A DNA stretch of 63,902 bases, the filler included, from Intoshia linei (lineage: Eukaryota; Animalia; Orthonectida), in the NCBI GenBank assembly GCA_001642005.1. It is 9 parts of 9 records of this genome, joined end to end, with 100 filler letters (N's around TTAATTAATTAA, not from the genome) between each part and the next. Parts side by side here need not be neighbours in the genome. Positions count along the whole stretch, not along the records: positions 8,079 to 15,463 come from LWCA01001561.1; positions 15,564 to 24,116 come from LWCA01001444.1; positions 24,217 to 27,545 come from LWCA01002127.1; 6 more parts are not named here. One strand, given 5' to 3'. The position numbers were made by a program, and so were the translations under genes. The notes below the pieces were generated by a model. That model saw only the letters and a list, made by a program, of their open reading frames with translations, made no database searches and was not told the origin of the DNA. Of this stretch, positions 13,490 to 27,645 are shown piece by piece. Position 1 is the first letter of the stretch. Each line of letters begins with the position of its first letter.

Positions 13490-15463
13490 TAGGGTGTTTC
13501 ACAAATTGGAATCTTTATTTAAGGTAGGAAAATTTAGACTAGTATTAGTATTACAAACATCATGTTGGCATTAAAATTTGGCAAAATTGTACCGATGAAT
13601 TGAGTATCACGTTTGAAGTTTTTAAATTAATATTAATATGAACTTGATTATTTTAGTTTATTATATACTTTTTAATAAATTTGATAATTAAATAAAATGT
13701 TTGGTTTAACTGTTTTTGGGTTTTTCCCTCTTTCAAGATCACAAAATATCAATTGGCATTTACATTAAGTGATATAATAAAGAATTAAAAAGGATAATTC
13801 ATTTTCTGCAGGAGTTATGCATTGATTTTTTCTCTCCTTGGTGTATTTCCTTAATCCGCAATATTTATAACTTATCTCTAAAATTTACGCATTAAGGATT
13901 ACATTAATTGACATTGATAATTTTTGTATTATATAAACCACTCTTCACGTGTGATTTTGACATGTCGGTAGGCAAGCTATGCTTAAGTGATTTCCTTTCA
14001 CTTATTAACATGGATGGTTTTATTATATTAAGTATTCGTATGTTTACAAGTCAGGAATTTAAGTTTTACAAATATTGAAATTTGAAGTGAATTATAAAAT
14101 ATAGTTTAAATTTAAAATATACGGATTTAACTTAAATCGATGTTTTATTTACATGCGTGAACAATTAATTACTTTATTTACATTTTATACTTTTATTTTA
14201 TCCAATATGACTTCTCGTCAATTGGACTTTGCTGTTGGTCATTATTTTGATTATGATTTGAACCTAAATAAAATACCCCCAAGAAAAGATGTTATTTAAA
14301 GAATATTGTGTTTGAAACAAAGTAAAAAAGTATTCGTTTTCAGAATAATTAGTGGTGAATTGAGTGAAATATATATTAAAACTGGGTTAAATATTATTGG
14401 AAGAAAGAGGATGGAAGACAAGTTAAGAAAGTTATATAGTAAATATATTAGCCTCTAGAAGGAAAAATACTCTACACTGTAACGATTTTATTAATAGTTT
14501 ATCTCAACTATTTTATTGTCATAAAAGTGATCAATCAAAAGCACTAAACGAAGATTTACTGTTTCTGGAAAACAAAAAAAAGGTATTGGATGTAAATATA
14601 ATGTATAAATAAAATATATGTAAATGCTGGTCCATCCACAAAAATTCACCCATAAACACCTAAAAGATTTAAGAATATAAAAATTATAAATGAAACTCAA
14701 ATGGAGAGAGAAAGTGGAGTATACGATATAATGCACTTTGAATATGATTCAAATACAAATATTTATAAAGGTAAGCTCCAATATAAAGATATTAAAACTT
14801 TGTCATCAAACCTATGTACCAAATTCAAATTGATAACATAGTAATAATAATCTGTGATATATGTAATGTGAATACGGGCAAAAAAAATGGAGTTGTAAAA
14901 ATGCTCAATGATAATGTTTTTAATACAAAAGTGGAGTATTATGGGTGCCAACGCCATATATTGGATAAACATCTTAGAATATACATGGATGGAATATTTG
15001 ACATTTTTTCAATAAGTCATTAACTACTCATTTTTATCATGGTTAATGTCGAATTATGACAACCTTAGTCAACATTACGTAGAAGAAATTGATGTACCAC
15101 AAAGCACTATTTGGTGTAGAGGCGATTATGCTGAATTAGAAAAATAAGTTAATTCCTATAAAATGTTAAAAGTTTCTGGAAATAAACCAAAAATAAAATT
15201 TAATAAATTTCCAAATCTCTCAAGTGCTAGATGGAACATACGTGCTAATTTAGCTTTGAAAGCGTATATTCTTGTTTGTACGGATAACACTTTAGAAATA
15301 TGTTGTGATTTTATTGTGGATTCATGGAAACAGCGTATCTATTAAGTTCCCAATCAAAATGCTACGAAAAATTAGTGACTTCGCTTCATGGAAATTTAAA
15401 ATGCATTGGATTCTTAAATAAACATAAATATAGTTCTAAACCAAAACTAAATGTTCGACTAAC
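13490..15463 (+). mobile_element. Decayed hAT-like DDE transposon (probably hATm type)
   Basis: Starts TAGGGTGTTTCAC. Fragments IPPRKDVI..RMEDKLRKLYSKY, ICDICNVNTGKKNGVV..GCQRHILD and PNLSSARWNIRANLALKAY. Many stops and frameshifts. Confidence 0.65.
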
Positions 15464-16059
15464 NNNNNNNNNNNNNNNNNNNNNNNNNNNNNNNNNNNNN
15501 NNNNNNNTTAATTAATTAANNNNNNNNNNNNNNNNNNNNNNNNNNNNNNNNNNNNNNNNNNNNCAAAAATTAATAATAAAAAATTTTTTTTATAATTTTT
15601 TAATTATTAAATCATTAATTAAAAACAAGTCCGTTATAACAATCCATCCAAATTTTTTTGTGTCTATGTGAGTTTATGGTTCTCAAAATAAATTAGGACA
15701 TTTCCGGATTATCGTCAAAAATTTTTTTTTTGGGGTAATTTCAACCAACATTTTTCGAAATAGTGGTTATATCTTCGAAAATATTGTTTTATTGGATTAC
15801 TGATATTATTAATATTAATTTACATATTGTATATATGAAATAAAAGTATTTTAATATATAAGAAAAAGATTTAAAGTTTGTTAAAATAATATTTCCGCCT
15901 AGTTATTTCGGTAACTGCATATTAGAAATATCTATAATTTTCAAATAATTTATTTATTACGTTTTTCTTCACTTTCTGAAAAAAATTAGTTAAATTGTCA
16001 TCAAAAAGTTGAAAATGTGGTTCTGTGTTATAAGTATATTAATTATATGGATAAATTAG

Positions 16060-17525
16060 GAGACAAAACGTCTTGAAGAGCTTAGAAAAAAACGTGAAAT
16101 GGAAATGGATTATCTTGGACCATTCTTAGCTCAAATTGGAGACCCTAAAAATATCACAAAAAGTCAAGCTTATAAATGCAAAGATGATTGTTTGTTGGAT
16201 TTGAAACAAAGGTTGATAAATAAGGCTAATTTGATTCAATCCCGATACGAAAAGGTAATTTTAAAAATTGGTAAATAATTATTGATAATAGAGAATAATG
16301 ATTAAATTATAACCGTTATACCTTGATATGATACTTGCAATTGAATTTAACCAGGTTTCAATGTTGGGTTAAATATTTGACTGACAAAATATAGAAGTTT
16401 TAGCAAAATATTTTCATTTAAAAAAAAATTCAAAGGATACACTAGTACCCTATCTAGTATTTCAAGTATTAGTGAAATTTTGACTTTTCAAAATGTCGAT
16501 TATTAAATTATTTACATTATAAATATCAAAATCATTTTTTAGTGTTAACGCTGCAGGGTAAAAAAATATTATATAGCTTTCGAATAAAAAATTTTATACA
16601 AAAAAAAATTGTTTGAATAAGTAAAATATAAATGTGAAAAGAAAAGAAAAAGATATTTTAAAAATAAAAAAACATAATTATTATTATTACTTGTATGAAA
16701 TTGAATGTCTGAGTGTGGTACCGTTTATTTAAAAAATTAACAATCGTAGAATATAAAAACCCAATTTCTAAATTAGTTTTTCGCGCGTGATGTTTATGTC
16801 TAAGTTTCATTTTCCGAAATTGAATCCTTACTGGTCATAAATATAATAAGGTTTTTTTTAATAAAATGAGACAAAAATTTAAATTAATTTTAAAATTTTA
16901 AATTTTAATTTTTGATATTTAGGAAACTAAAAATTTACAAAAGAAACAATCATGGTATCAACAAAACCAAATATCTATGCAAAAAGATGATGAAATAAAT
17001 TATTTAAATTATTGCAGTGAGGCAATGTTTAGAATTAGAATTTTAGAAACACGCTTAGCTAGGTAAAATTAATTATAATGCAATTTTGTCACTAACTGAC
17101 AGATATTTAAAAAAAGTATTTTAGTATTTATCTTCTCATTTAAAAAAAAATTTAGTTATAGTTTGTTTTGTTTCGTCTGATACCCAGTAGAGGATATAGG
17201 TGGGTGCAGCAGCGGCCGACCCCTTGATATTTTTAAAATAATGTCAAACGTAATGGATATGATAGATATATTACGTAGTATGTGTTTATCGTAATATCGT
17301 CACAAAATTTGTTCAGCATCCCCTCATTGTTATTTAAAATATTTGTCATTTTTTAATATTTATATTTATAAATCAATTACTGCAATATTTATTTATCTAC
17401 TATAGTACAATAGCTATGTTTATTTTATATTTCATATTAGACACAAACAACAGGCACCACAAAAGTATATGGAATTAGAAAAGAAAATCAAATCAGATTC
17501 TCGACTAATACATTTGTTCATATAA
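16060..17525 (+). CDS. DRC7: Dynein regulatory complex subunit 7 (CCDC135), last three exons
   Basis: Exons 16060-16254, 16923-17062, 17441-17525 encode DYLGPFLAQIG...CLLDLKQRLINKANLIQSRYEK|ETKNLQKKQSWYQQNQ...YCSEAMFRIRILETRLAR|HKQQAPQKYMELEKKIKSDSRL. Confidence 0.92.
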
Positions 17526-17568
17526 TTATCTATACAAGTATAAATAAAATATCTTAAACTATAGTTAA

Positions 17569-17784
17569 CCCTTTCACTGCCTGAGTAATCTATATTATAC
17601 ACAGCATAATTTTGAAAAACTTTATTCTTTTATATATAAAATATATATCATTAAATAATATAATAAAGTATATGTTACAGGGAAAATTCAAATTTTGCCT
17701 GCATGCAGCAGGCAATTTTAAATTAAAATATAAATTCCAGACGTGTGGTGATAGTACATAAAATTTCACTGGACAGTGAAAGGT
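17569..17784. mobile_element. piggyBac-type MITE
   Basis: TTAA|CCCTTTCACTG ... CAGTGAAAGGT|TTAA. Confidence 0.7.
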
Positions 17785-18184
17785 TTAATGGTTAACTTAT
17801 TATTTTTGCATAAATTGTGTTGAAGTCCTTCCGATGGTGTAACATGATAAAGTAAAATACATTAAACAGTGACTTTACCTATATAACCCCTACTCAACAT
17901 TAGAATTAGAATATTATTAATTTTTTCCTGATGATAATATAATTAATGTTTATTTTATGCGTGTAAAATTTGATATAGTATTTTCATTTTTGGTTAGAAT
18001 TAGAATAAAAATGTTCCCTCGGAAGAGCTAGATGCTGTTTTTACGTAGTACATAATAGTCAACTAGTATAAAATATAATAGTTATATAAACATATTTTTA
18101 AAAGTGTATTTCAAAAATTTTAAGTGGAAAATATTTCACATTCATAATAAAATATTCGTTGATTATTGACAAACAGTTGTTTTA

Positions 18185-18943
18185 TTAATTGAATTTGTAT
18201 TGAGTTGTTCCCATTTTGAGATGGTTTCGGTGTTTTATTGTATTTGTAAAGTTTGAATCACTTTGCATGTAATTTAAATTTGTGTAAAGATTTTGATTTT
18301 TATTTTCACATTCAAATACCCTACTAATTTTTGCATGGATCATCTTTAATGCCTCGTTGACTTCTTTAAGTTCACATTGTAAGTCAATATTTGTTATTGA
18401 TTGCCTAAATAATTGAAATTAATGATTAATAATATTTTTTAATGATAAAACGGATATTGATATAATTACATTTTTTTTTCTGTTTTAATTTTTGATATAG
18501 CTGTGGCAGTGTTTTTGTTTTTATTTGCTTTCATTGATTTTAGTATTCCATTTTTACTTGTTTTATTTTTTCGATTTTTAGATTTCTGATACATTTTCTA
18601 AATTCATATAATAAAGGTAAAAATGAAAATTAATAAATATTTTATTATTTAAACGAAAAATTGCCTGTTTGAGTGATTTCAAGAATCTTTTAGAAGACGA
18701 TCTGGTCATTGTTTTATCTTGAACTTGAAACATTTCATTCCCAATACCATTAAAGTTTATGTCTGGTTTTTTAAGTGTTGCAAATAATATATTTTTTTTA
18801 TTTTCTACTAGTTTATCAAAATTTATTATTTTCCCAATACCTTTTCCTATTTTTGGTAATTTAATAAACGATTTTCGGGAATTATCATTTGGTTGTTTTA
18901 TTCTTTCTTTAGTATTCTTTCGCAAGTTGTTTATTAATTTCAT
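18185..18943 (-). CDS. Uncharacterised basic (Lys/Asn-rich) protein, paralog 1, 208 aa
   Basis: Exons 18943-18665, 18597-18470, 18404-18185 splice in frame; the first intron is GC-AG. Exons 1-2 align with the paralog at 23285. Confidence 0.7.
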
Positions 18944-19699
18944 TTTTGTGTCTTTTTAAGGAATATACGTAATTTAAAATATCAAATTGATTGCAACAGA
19001 AATATTAATAAATGAAAATTATTGATAACTATTTAAATTGGATTCTTAAATAATAGTATCCATATTATTAATACTGTATGCGACACATTATAATAGATAC
19101 GCCTATATTTATTACATTTTGATACAGATCTGTAGTTTTATCCGCTAATTTTAATTGTTTAACGGTTACAATTATTAAGTATTATATTAATCTATTAATG
19201 ATTAATTATCTCATAATTTCGGCAATACAAGTTAACTAATTGTTATTAATGTTTATACAAATATTAATATTATCGGTAAGCTTTCGAGTTTAAATAACTA
19301 ATCTTTATATATCCGACGATAATAATATTTATACACAATAGATCATTAAAGCTAAATTTCAAGTGGTATGAATAGTTAATTGAATATTTTTTGGATGTGT
19401 ATAATGATTATAATAGATGTGGCGCCACTGAATCTATAAATCAGTAAATAACAATTAAAAAATTAAAAAATCAATATTTCTGATCAAAATAAAATTTTTT
19501 AAATAAAAATATTCATTTGAGAATCCTATGAATTTTCAAAACAAAAAAATTTCTTAATTGGTTATTGATCTGATCAAAAAAAGTTCGATTGGTTTAAAAC
19601 GATTCAAAATAAACGTGTTTAAATATGAAGCGTTGTCTCTATAAATATAGAGACACTATTTGGCTGTTTTGTACAAACGTCTAAGACATATTTTGATTA

Positions 19700-21700
19700 T
19701 ATAAGTGCCGTTGTGACCGTGAATACGTCACTTTGAGAAATCTAACTTTTTGTTGTGTGTTAACTGGAGATAACGGTACAATATGTAATTTTTTTTAAAA
19801 TTCTAGGACTATTTTCATTTTTTTAAGAAAAGGTAATTTGTGGTTTGGGCCCTGAAGATATATTTTTTTAAATTATCAAACTGGTTTGAGTTTTTAAAAT
19901 AAGGATAATTGGGGTTTTGACTGGTAAGTGTGTGTTTCGGAGGTTCAAATTTATCTTACTTTCATCCAACAAAAATTGTAATAGAAATGGAAAAATTTAA
20001 AATGATAAGACTCTTAGTTATTGAAATAAACAATAACACAAATATACAGACAGACAAACAAATAGTTTTATATACAATTTTAAGTAAGGATATCTATAAT
20101 AATATATATGATTATTAAAATAGATGCTCCTTATGTTAAAATAAAATAATTTTGACATATAACGAAATTTGTATAAAAAGAGAAACAATAACCACAAAAA
20201 CCATGCATTTTTTCATTTTAAAAAAAAGTGATAATTTGAGGTTTTAATCATGAAAATATATATATATATTTTTATATGAGGCTAAGATTTACGACAATGT
20301 TACTACTAACTTTAAAACACGTTCCAGAATATATGGTTTTTTATTTAAATTTTAGGGCTCATTTTATTTTTAAAAAAGACGATATGGATTTTTTACTCTG
20401 AATGACGCAATTTCGGAAAATAAGATTTACGATACTGCATCATGCTCGAAAAAATGTATTGAAAATTGGGTTTTTTTAAATTATAGAACTGTTAATTATT
20501 TAAATAAACGATAACACACACAGACATTCTATTTTATACAAATAAAGCATAATGCCGTTAAAAAAAGAAGATTAATTATATTGTTGGAATGCACTGTAAA
20601 CATAATCATAAAAGCGTAAATTGTGATACAGAAAATTCAATTATTAAAATAAAAAAATATATTTGGCGGCTGTTACTCATATTTCCAAAATATACATCAT
20701 GACTCCTTTGTCACAGCCCTGGTTAAGTATTATCTCAATTTAATATTATAAGTATATACCCATGAGTGAGTAATTTGAAATTTTTCATGGGTAATCGCGA
20801 AATTTTTTTATTTCTTTTGAATTGCATGCACAAGAACGCATAAAATATAATTTTTCCAATATGATTAATAAGATAGTACTGTAATAAATTAATATTGATT
20901 TATAAAATTTTAAAAATAAAAAAAATGGTTATTCAAGAACCAATATATTCGATTAAATGAATTCGTTACTGATATATAAAATTGAATATGTCTTGTAGAT
21001 TATTAAAAAAATCAAATTTCTAATACAGTTTTGCGAAAGAGATGTTTTTTGCAAGTTATATTTTCATACATTGATTCATTCAGGGTTAAAAACCCAATTT
21101 TCCTTTTCTTTCTAAATAAGATCAGCCATATAAAATTCAGAAATGATTTTTTTTCACTATTTTGTAAAATTAGAATTTCAAAAAAATTAAACGGCTCTTG
21201 TTTTCAAAACCTGACCATGCAACATGCAGGTAAAAATATATTGTGGGTAATATTAAAATTATTATTATAATATGGTTAATCCTAACTTATATAATATGCT
21301 ACGCGATTTTTGTTTGTGTGTCTGTGTCTGTGTGTTTCACTTTATTAAAACTAATATTGTTATATATATTATTGAAATAACTGCGATTCTTAGAATTTTT
21401 TAAAGATCACATGTCAATGACAGTTTTTTCCGGGACGTTTAATAAAATAAATTCCGACCTCCCAATTTTACATCTTACGGGTCAAAAACTACAGTTCTCC
21501 CTCTTTTTAAAATCATAAACATTATCATAAATTTAAATTTAAAAAAATTATATCTTCAAAGCCAAAACCACAAAGTACCCTTCTTTTTTTAATGAAAACA
21601 GCCCTAGAATTTCAAAAAAGTTACATGTGGTAACGTTGTATCTTGTTAACACACATAAAAAATTTCAATCCGAAAATTGACAACTACACGGTCAAAAAAT
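19700..21700. mobile_element. Cluster of non-autonomous Helitron 5' fragments in both orientations
   Basis: 5' ends a|TCCTAACTTATATAA (21280, +) and a|TCCTTACTT (20090, -) are followed by (TGTC/TG)n tracts. The bodies match the 42180-43579 element. Confidence 0.6.
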
Positions 21701-23284
21701 TTTTAATCAAAAAACTTAGCGTACATTTTATTTTATTAGCACAGCATTTGAAATTATTTTTTATTACACTAATTTGAAAATTCATACTCTGTACTATGGT
21801 TTTTTCAGATTTTTTTTTGTGGGTCATAGACTGTATAAGACATTTTGGGTCAGCTCAATTTAAATTATTTTAATGATATTTAAACCATAAAATTCTTATT
21901 TTATATGTTATCACTCATAAAACGTAAAAGGTTAAATTTTATTTACATAAGTTAACACTTTTAAAATATTATTTATGAATAGATATGATTAAAGTTATAC
22001 AATAAATGGAACGTGTCGTCAGAATTAAATGGTCTAATTTTCATTAACAATGTGTGAATCGCGTGCCAAATTTCTTAGATCAAATAATCAACAACTCAGT
22101 AAATGTCGCACAGTTTGATATTAAGATAATTGATTCATTGATGTAAGTTTATTGATTTAATTTTTGGTGATATATTACAAAAATACTGTGTTTACAGTCA
22201 TTTGAACGAGTAACATTTTCGATCATTTCATCAATATCGTGTTGAAATGTGTAATTCATTGTTCAAAATGGATAGCTTAATCAAATATCCAATATTTTTT
22301 GTTGTTCGGCAAATCGGTATACAATACAATTTAAAGTTAAGTTTATAAAATATAAAGTAGATGGGTAAACTGATCTGTATTCTTATCACTTTCTGTGCAA
22401 ATATTGCTCAATAATTTTTGATTTTTCTATATTACATGTATCATAAAGTATAATCAATTTCTGAATTCAATTTATGCGTATTTCGAAGAAAAAATTTCTA
22501 GTCAAATATTGATACATATATAGTTTAAAATTTAAACTACAATATTTTAAATAAATAATACATGAAAGGGAAATTAATTTACATTACATTAAATAATTTG
22601 GTATCCAAATTTTAAAATATCTATTAAAATTCATGTTATATATTGTTTAAAAGTTAATTATTTATTAAAACTGAAAAATAAACAAACTCAAGTATCTATA
22701 ATTATTCAATACATATTAAATACATATAGACAAATGTTAATACACTCGACTAATAAAAAAAATTAAATTCATGGAATAACCATTAAAACGTTAATAATAC
22801 TCGTATATATTAAAATTATTGACTGAAGCTATTTTTATAAAAAAGAAAGCTTACTAAATTTTCTACTAATCGTCGTAAAAATCTACTACTTAATAGCGTT
22901 ATTAAATAGATAATTGAAATAAATTATCTATTAATTTGTCTGTACATAATAACGTTAATAAAATTGTGATTATTGTGTATTCAGACAGAAACACATGTAA
23001 TATAAAATATTATACATGTATAACGAATATTAATAAGTATTTTGTTAAAATAGGCGTGACTAAATTATATTTAAACACCACGAAGCCACGAGCGTTTAAC
23101 TGTACTTGTGAAATACATATTAATTGGATACAGTTAATTATATAAACAAATATCATAAAAATATAATAATCTCACTTATTCATAATTTCACTTTACATTT
23201 TATATTATTAACAAGTTAACAATTTACAAAAATAAGAAAGTAAAATTAAATTTTAAAAAACTTTAAACATTTTAATAGATCAAT

Positions 23285-23789
23285 ATGGGATTCATCAGAA
23301 GTTTAAGCAAAATGAATACCAAAATAAAAGCACCAATTCAAAATTATAAAAAATCATTTATTAAATTACCTAAACTTTACAATTTAAACGAAATGTTTGA
23401 AAATAAAGAAAATATATTCATTTCTACACCAAAAAAATCGAATATTAATTTTGATGGTATCGGTAGCGAAAAGTTTATATTCCAAAAGAAGAAAATGGTT
23501 AGATCTACTTCAAGTAAAATTTTGAAATCTATTAAGCAGGTAATTTTTAGACAATTGCACATTAGATTTTAATTACATTAGATGTACAGTATAAACAGTT
23601 AATTAAAGTATTTTATATTTTTTCATAATAATTTTACATTTTAATTTGATTTTAGAGAATCCAGCAAAAATCCAAAGATCGAAAAACTAAAACCCTTAAA
23701 ATTGGCCTACAAAAACCAATAAAAATGAATAAATTAAAATACAAAAACCCTTTATCTATTGCACCTCAGATCATTATAGAAACAAAAAT
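23285..23789 (+). CDS. Uncharacterised basic protein, paralog 2 (3' partial)
   Basis: Exons 23285-23539 and 23656-23789. KSFIKLPK, INFDGIG and RSTSSKILKSIKQ|RIQQKSKDRK are shared with paralog 1. Intron 2 holds a Helitron 5' end (23794) and runs off the contig. Confidence 0.7.
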
Positions 23790-24216
23790 GTTATCTTTAC
23801 TTATATAATATACTACGCTATATTTGTTTGTGTGTGTCTTCCACTTTATTGAAATAACTACCAGTCTTAGGATTTTATAAAGTCCACATTTCAATTACAG
23901 TTTTTTCTGGGACATATAATAAGATAAATTTTAACCTCCCAAACTAACATCTTACGGGTCAAAAACCCCAATTGTTTTGTTTTTAAATAAAACAAGTTGG
24001 AGAATTTAAAAAAATATATACGCTGATAGAGATTATTCCAGTTGATATGACTACAAAATGTGAACCCCAGAAATCTACGCATTCTCGGTGAAAAATAATT
24101 TTTAATATATTATCAANNNNNNNNNNNNNNNNNNNNNNNNNNNNNNNNNNNNNNNNNNNNTTAATTAATTAANNNNNNNNNNNNNNNNNNNNNNNNNNNN
24201 NNNNNNNNNNNNNNNN

Positions 24217-25330
24217 TGCAAGGATTTAAATCAAAGCCGGTCAAATTATTTTTTACTAGAACGTTTTTGGGTAAATTACATATTATTTGACAGTTTATTA
24301 ATTTGTTCTAGTTTATGAATGATCTTACTTCAAACCATTCAATGGACCAATAATGTATAATGAACGTATTTACACTGAATATCTTTTCAGTAGATTCACC
24401 ACATAACTCAGCTATAAGTGAATATATTGCACGGCTATTCCATCTTGCCGCGCTAATGGAAAAAAGCTGATTTGGTATATTGATTATTGCAAACCGATGG
24501 GTGGTACGAAAGTAACGAACAGCTTTAACACATTGTAGCAACAATAAGTAATCTCTTTTTCGTTCTTCGTCTTTAGGGAGGTCATCATAAAATGGTAAAT
24601 TTGAGTCTGCTTTGTTATTAAATAATATTTGAAATGTTTTCCAATTATTATGCAATTTATTTACGAATTTATATTAAAAATTTGGACCTACGGTTACATT
24701 GGAAAATATATTAATGAATTGATATTTTAAAATAAGATCAAGGATATGTAATTTACATAGAGAATATGTGCAATCGGAGTATACTCGTTGTAATCGAACG
24801 ATAACGCCATTTTTACATCCTGTATTTGTAGGCTCAGTGTCAGTGACTATATTTATAGGAGATAATTTATATTGTTTTAATATTGACAATATTTTNGATA
24901 ACGCCATTTTTACATCCTGTATTTGTAGGCTCAGTGTCAGTGACTATATTTATATGAGTTAATTTATATTGTTTTAATATTGAAAATATTTTTTCAGATA
25001 TAATATATGCAAATTTGTTGGGTATTTCAACAAATCCTATTAATTTTTTATCAAAACAGATTGCCACAATATGTCTTTTTTGACCATATAAATTGTAATA
25101 TTTTTTACCATCAAATTGTAAGATACCATAATCACTTACACATGGCTTATTTGCTTTCGCCTTTTTTATAGTACATTTATTCAATGCGCTCCGTGTTGGT
25201 GGTTTCATTCGATCATCTCCAAATTTATTATACATAACATCAAGTACAATGATTTGCCTTTGCACGTAATTCTTCAGCCAAATCTGTAGATATTCTCTTT
25301 TTTAATGTTTTCACTAAATTAACATTTAAT
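24217..25330 (-). mobile_element. hAT-like (hATm-type) transposase pseudogene
   Basis: Motifs LQFDGKK, VTDTEPTNTGCKNGV, LCKLHILDLIL, KRDYLLLL and SAARWNSRAIYSL. Same family as 13490-15463. Confidence 0.7.
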
Positions 25331-27203
25331 GAATATGTGAATATTGTATATTGAGAAAATTGAGTTCAATCACATTAAGTAAAGTTAACTCATATCATAT
25401 ATTTTTTTTATGCTAAATAAAAAAAAATTAAATAGATTTATTTCGGGTTTTCAGTATATTTTGTAGATGGATATTATTTTAAAATATAATATAATGTTCA
25501 CATTTTACATATAAAAAAGTGGTTTCTACAACTCCTACACATACCAAAAGATGCCTTATGAATCACTGAACGCGGTTATCATCACAATATATTAATATAA
25601 AGTTTACGTTCCAAAAATTAAAATTTTTTAAAATATTCAATTTTTAAAATGCAAAAAGTTGGTGGTTATTTTAAGAGTTGAACAATTTAAATCACACCAT
25701 AATGAAAAATAATCGTAATGAAAAGTTTCATATTTATCCATGGGCTATTTTTATTAGTTTGAATAAGGACACAGGTTAATGTATATATATTAATAAATAA
25801 ATTAGTGAAGTAGTTGAATTTTATTCAAATTAATCTGTAATTTATTTCGTAGTCTGCTATTCGTCTCTTCTAATTAATTCATTATTTTATCCCACCGAAG
25901 TATTCATACGTCGTTCAATATTTATAAAATAAGTGTTTTTTTTAAGTGTAAATTGATTATTTTGTTTTCTAATCTTTTTATATCATTATTAATTAATTTT
26001 TATAATAATTTTCGAAACTTTCGTTGACTGTAAATGTATACAACTTTTATTGGATTTTTCTAAATTTTCGAATCTAAAATATTCTAAAAAAATGATTCGA
26101 TCAAAATATAATTATTAGATTGTATATAAAGTAATTAGTTGTTATGTTTTTAATTCTATGTCTGTCTATTCCAATTTATCTAACAAATTCAGTTAAAATA
26201 GAAATTAAAATGTTTATAAAATGAAGTGCTAAACTAAACAAAATTTTAAACTATTTAAACATTGGAAAAATGTGGAAAATTTACACGTTTATATCAATTA
26301 TGTTCACTACATGTATATGTACGTTTCTTACACTTCTACACTCTGAATATTCCTACCAAATTATTAATTATGGTATCTTAATAAGATAATACTGAAATGT
26401 TTTTAAATTATTTTAAAAATTTGTATTGATGATGCAATTTTGTGGTTTTAATATTGATTGAGAGACACCACTAATCACATTTTTAACATTTGTAAATAAT
26501 GCATAATTATCACGAGTTTTTAATCTTTTTTGTATCCAACCTATTTAATAGCCATACAAAACCAAAATACCCGTGTCAACCATAATCATACTTACCAAGT
26601 TCGAAGCCTACCCTAACATTAAAACATGCTCTAAAAATTTAGTATCAATGATAGTGTCATATAGGCCAGTAGTTCTTAACCTTTTTTAGAATTGATCCCC
26701 TAAACCGAAAATTCACACATATCTTTAGGTTGAATGATTAGGTAGATAGGGATAAAATTTAAAAAATCCAACTTTATCCAATATATTTGTGAGTATAAAA
26801 TTTTTTTTAACTCCAAAATCTTTTGATACACATTATTATTATAAATTTGTATAGTTCAATATCTTCTTTTAACCATCAAATTGAGAAATTTTGAATTGTT
26901 CATTGATATTTTATATAAATTGACGTATATGCTAAGAGTTATGTTATGGTGTTGAATAATTTAGCGAACTGTAAAAATAGAAAACGAATACTTTTTAATT
27001 AGAGCAGTAATTCATCCAACGAGAATCATTGTGCAATATCGATTTTTTTAAATTCATGTTCCAATGATCAAACTAAAATCTTAATTTGATATGAATGATA
27101 ATTTGATAGTATATATACCAAGGATCGGCAATCAGTGGCCCTTATTATTTTTAAATTTTTCAACTTTTATAAGATTAAATAAATAATTAAGTAAATTTAC
27201 AAG

Positions 27204-27299
27204 ATTTAGACTGCCGAGAAAATTGTTCAATTTGCACGGAAGGAGAATGTCTTGAATGTAAACCGGGTGCGTACGGATTAAAAGGTGGTAAATGCTACG
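27204..27299 (+). CDS. Isolated exon encoding a furin-like/EGF-type cysteine-rich module
   Basis: A 96-nt phase 1-1 exon bounded by AG and GTATG. It encodes LDCRENCSICTEGECLECKPGAYGLKGGKCY. Confidence 0.55.
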
Positions 27300-27328
27300 G
27301 TATGCCAGACACACATTAATATTACTAT

Positions 27329-27545
27329 TAGGCTATTCACAAAGTAATGTCCTTTTTATAACTATAATTAAAACTGCTATAATTACAATTTTGATTAACC
27401 TTTATTCTACAAAATATTCTCCATTGCATTCAATAATTCTTATATCCATATCAATAATCCAACGTTTCGGTAGCTTCTTAATTCCATTTTGAAAAAACTC
27501 TGGCTTTTATTTGTCAAAAAGTTATCAATGTCAGATTTTAAATGC
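27329..27545 (-). mobile_element. mariner element 3' end
   Basis: Near-identical to 47468-47670. Carries the TIR TAGGCTATTCACAAAGTAATG and a KKLPKRW..CNGEYFVE C-terminus. Confidence 0.75.
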
Positions 27546-27645
27546 NNNNNNNNNNNNNNNNNNNNNNNNNNNNNNNNNNNNNNNNNNNNTTAATTAATTA
27601 ANNNNNNNNNNNNNNNNNNNNNNNNNNNNNNNNNNNNNNNNNNNN

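Noticed and set aside
21990-22520. Coding-like minus-strand stretch (similar ones at about 25800-26090, 41700-42030 and 44560-45110)
   Set aside because: Interrupted by multiple stops with no recognisable motif. It cannot be assigned without a BLASTx search.
24800-24995. ~97-bp tandem duplication inside a transposase
   Set aside because: The copies are joined by a single N (24896), typical of a scaffolding overlap artefact.
26588-26600. ATACTTACC resembling the U1 snRNA 5' end
   Set aside because: No U1 stem-loops or Sm site follow.
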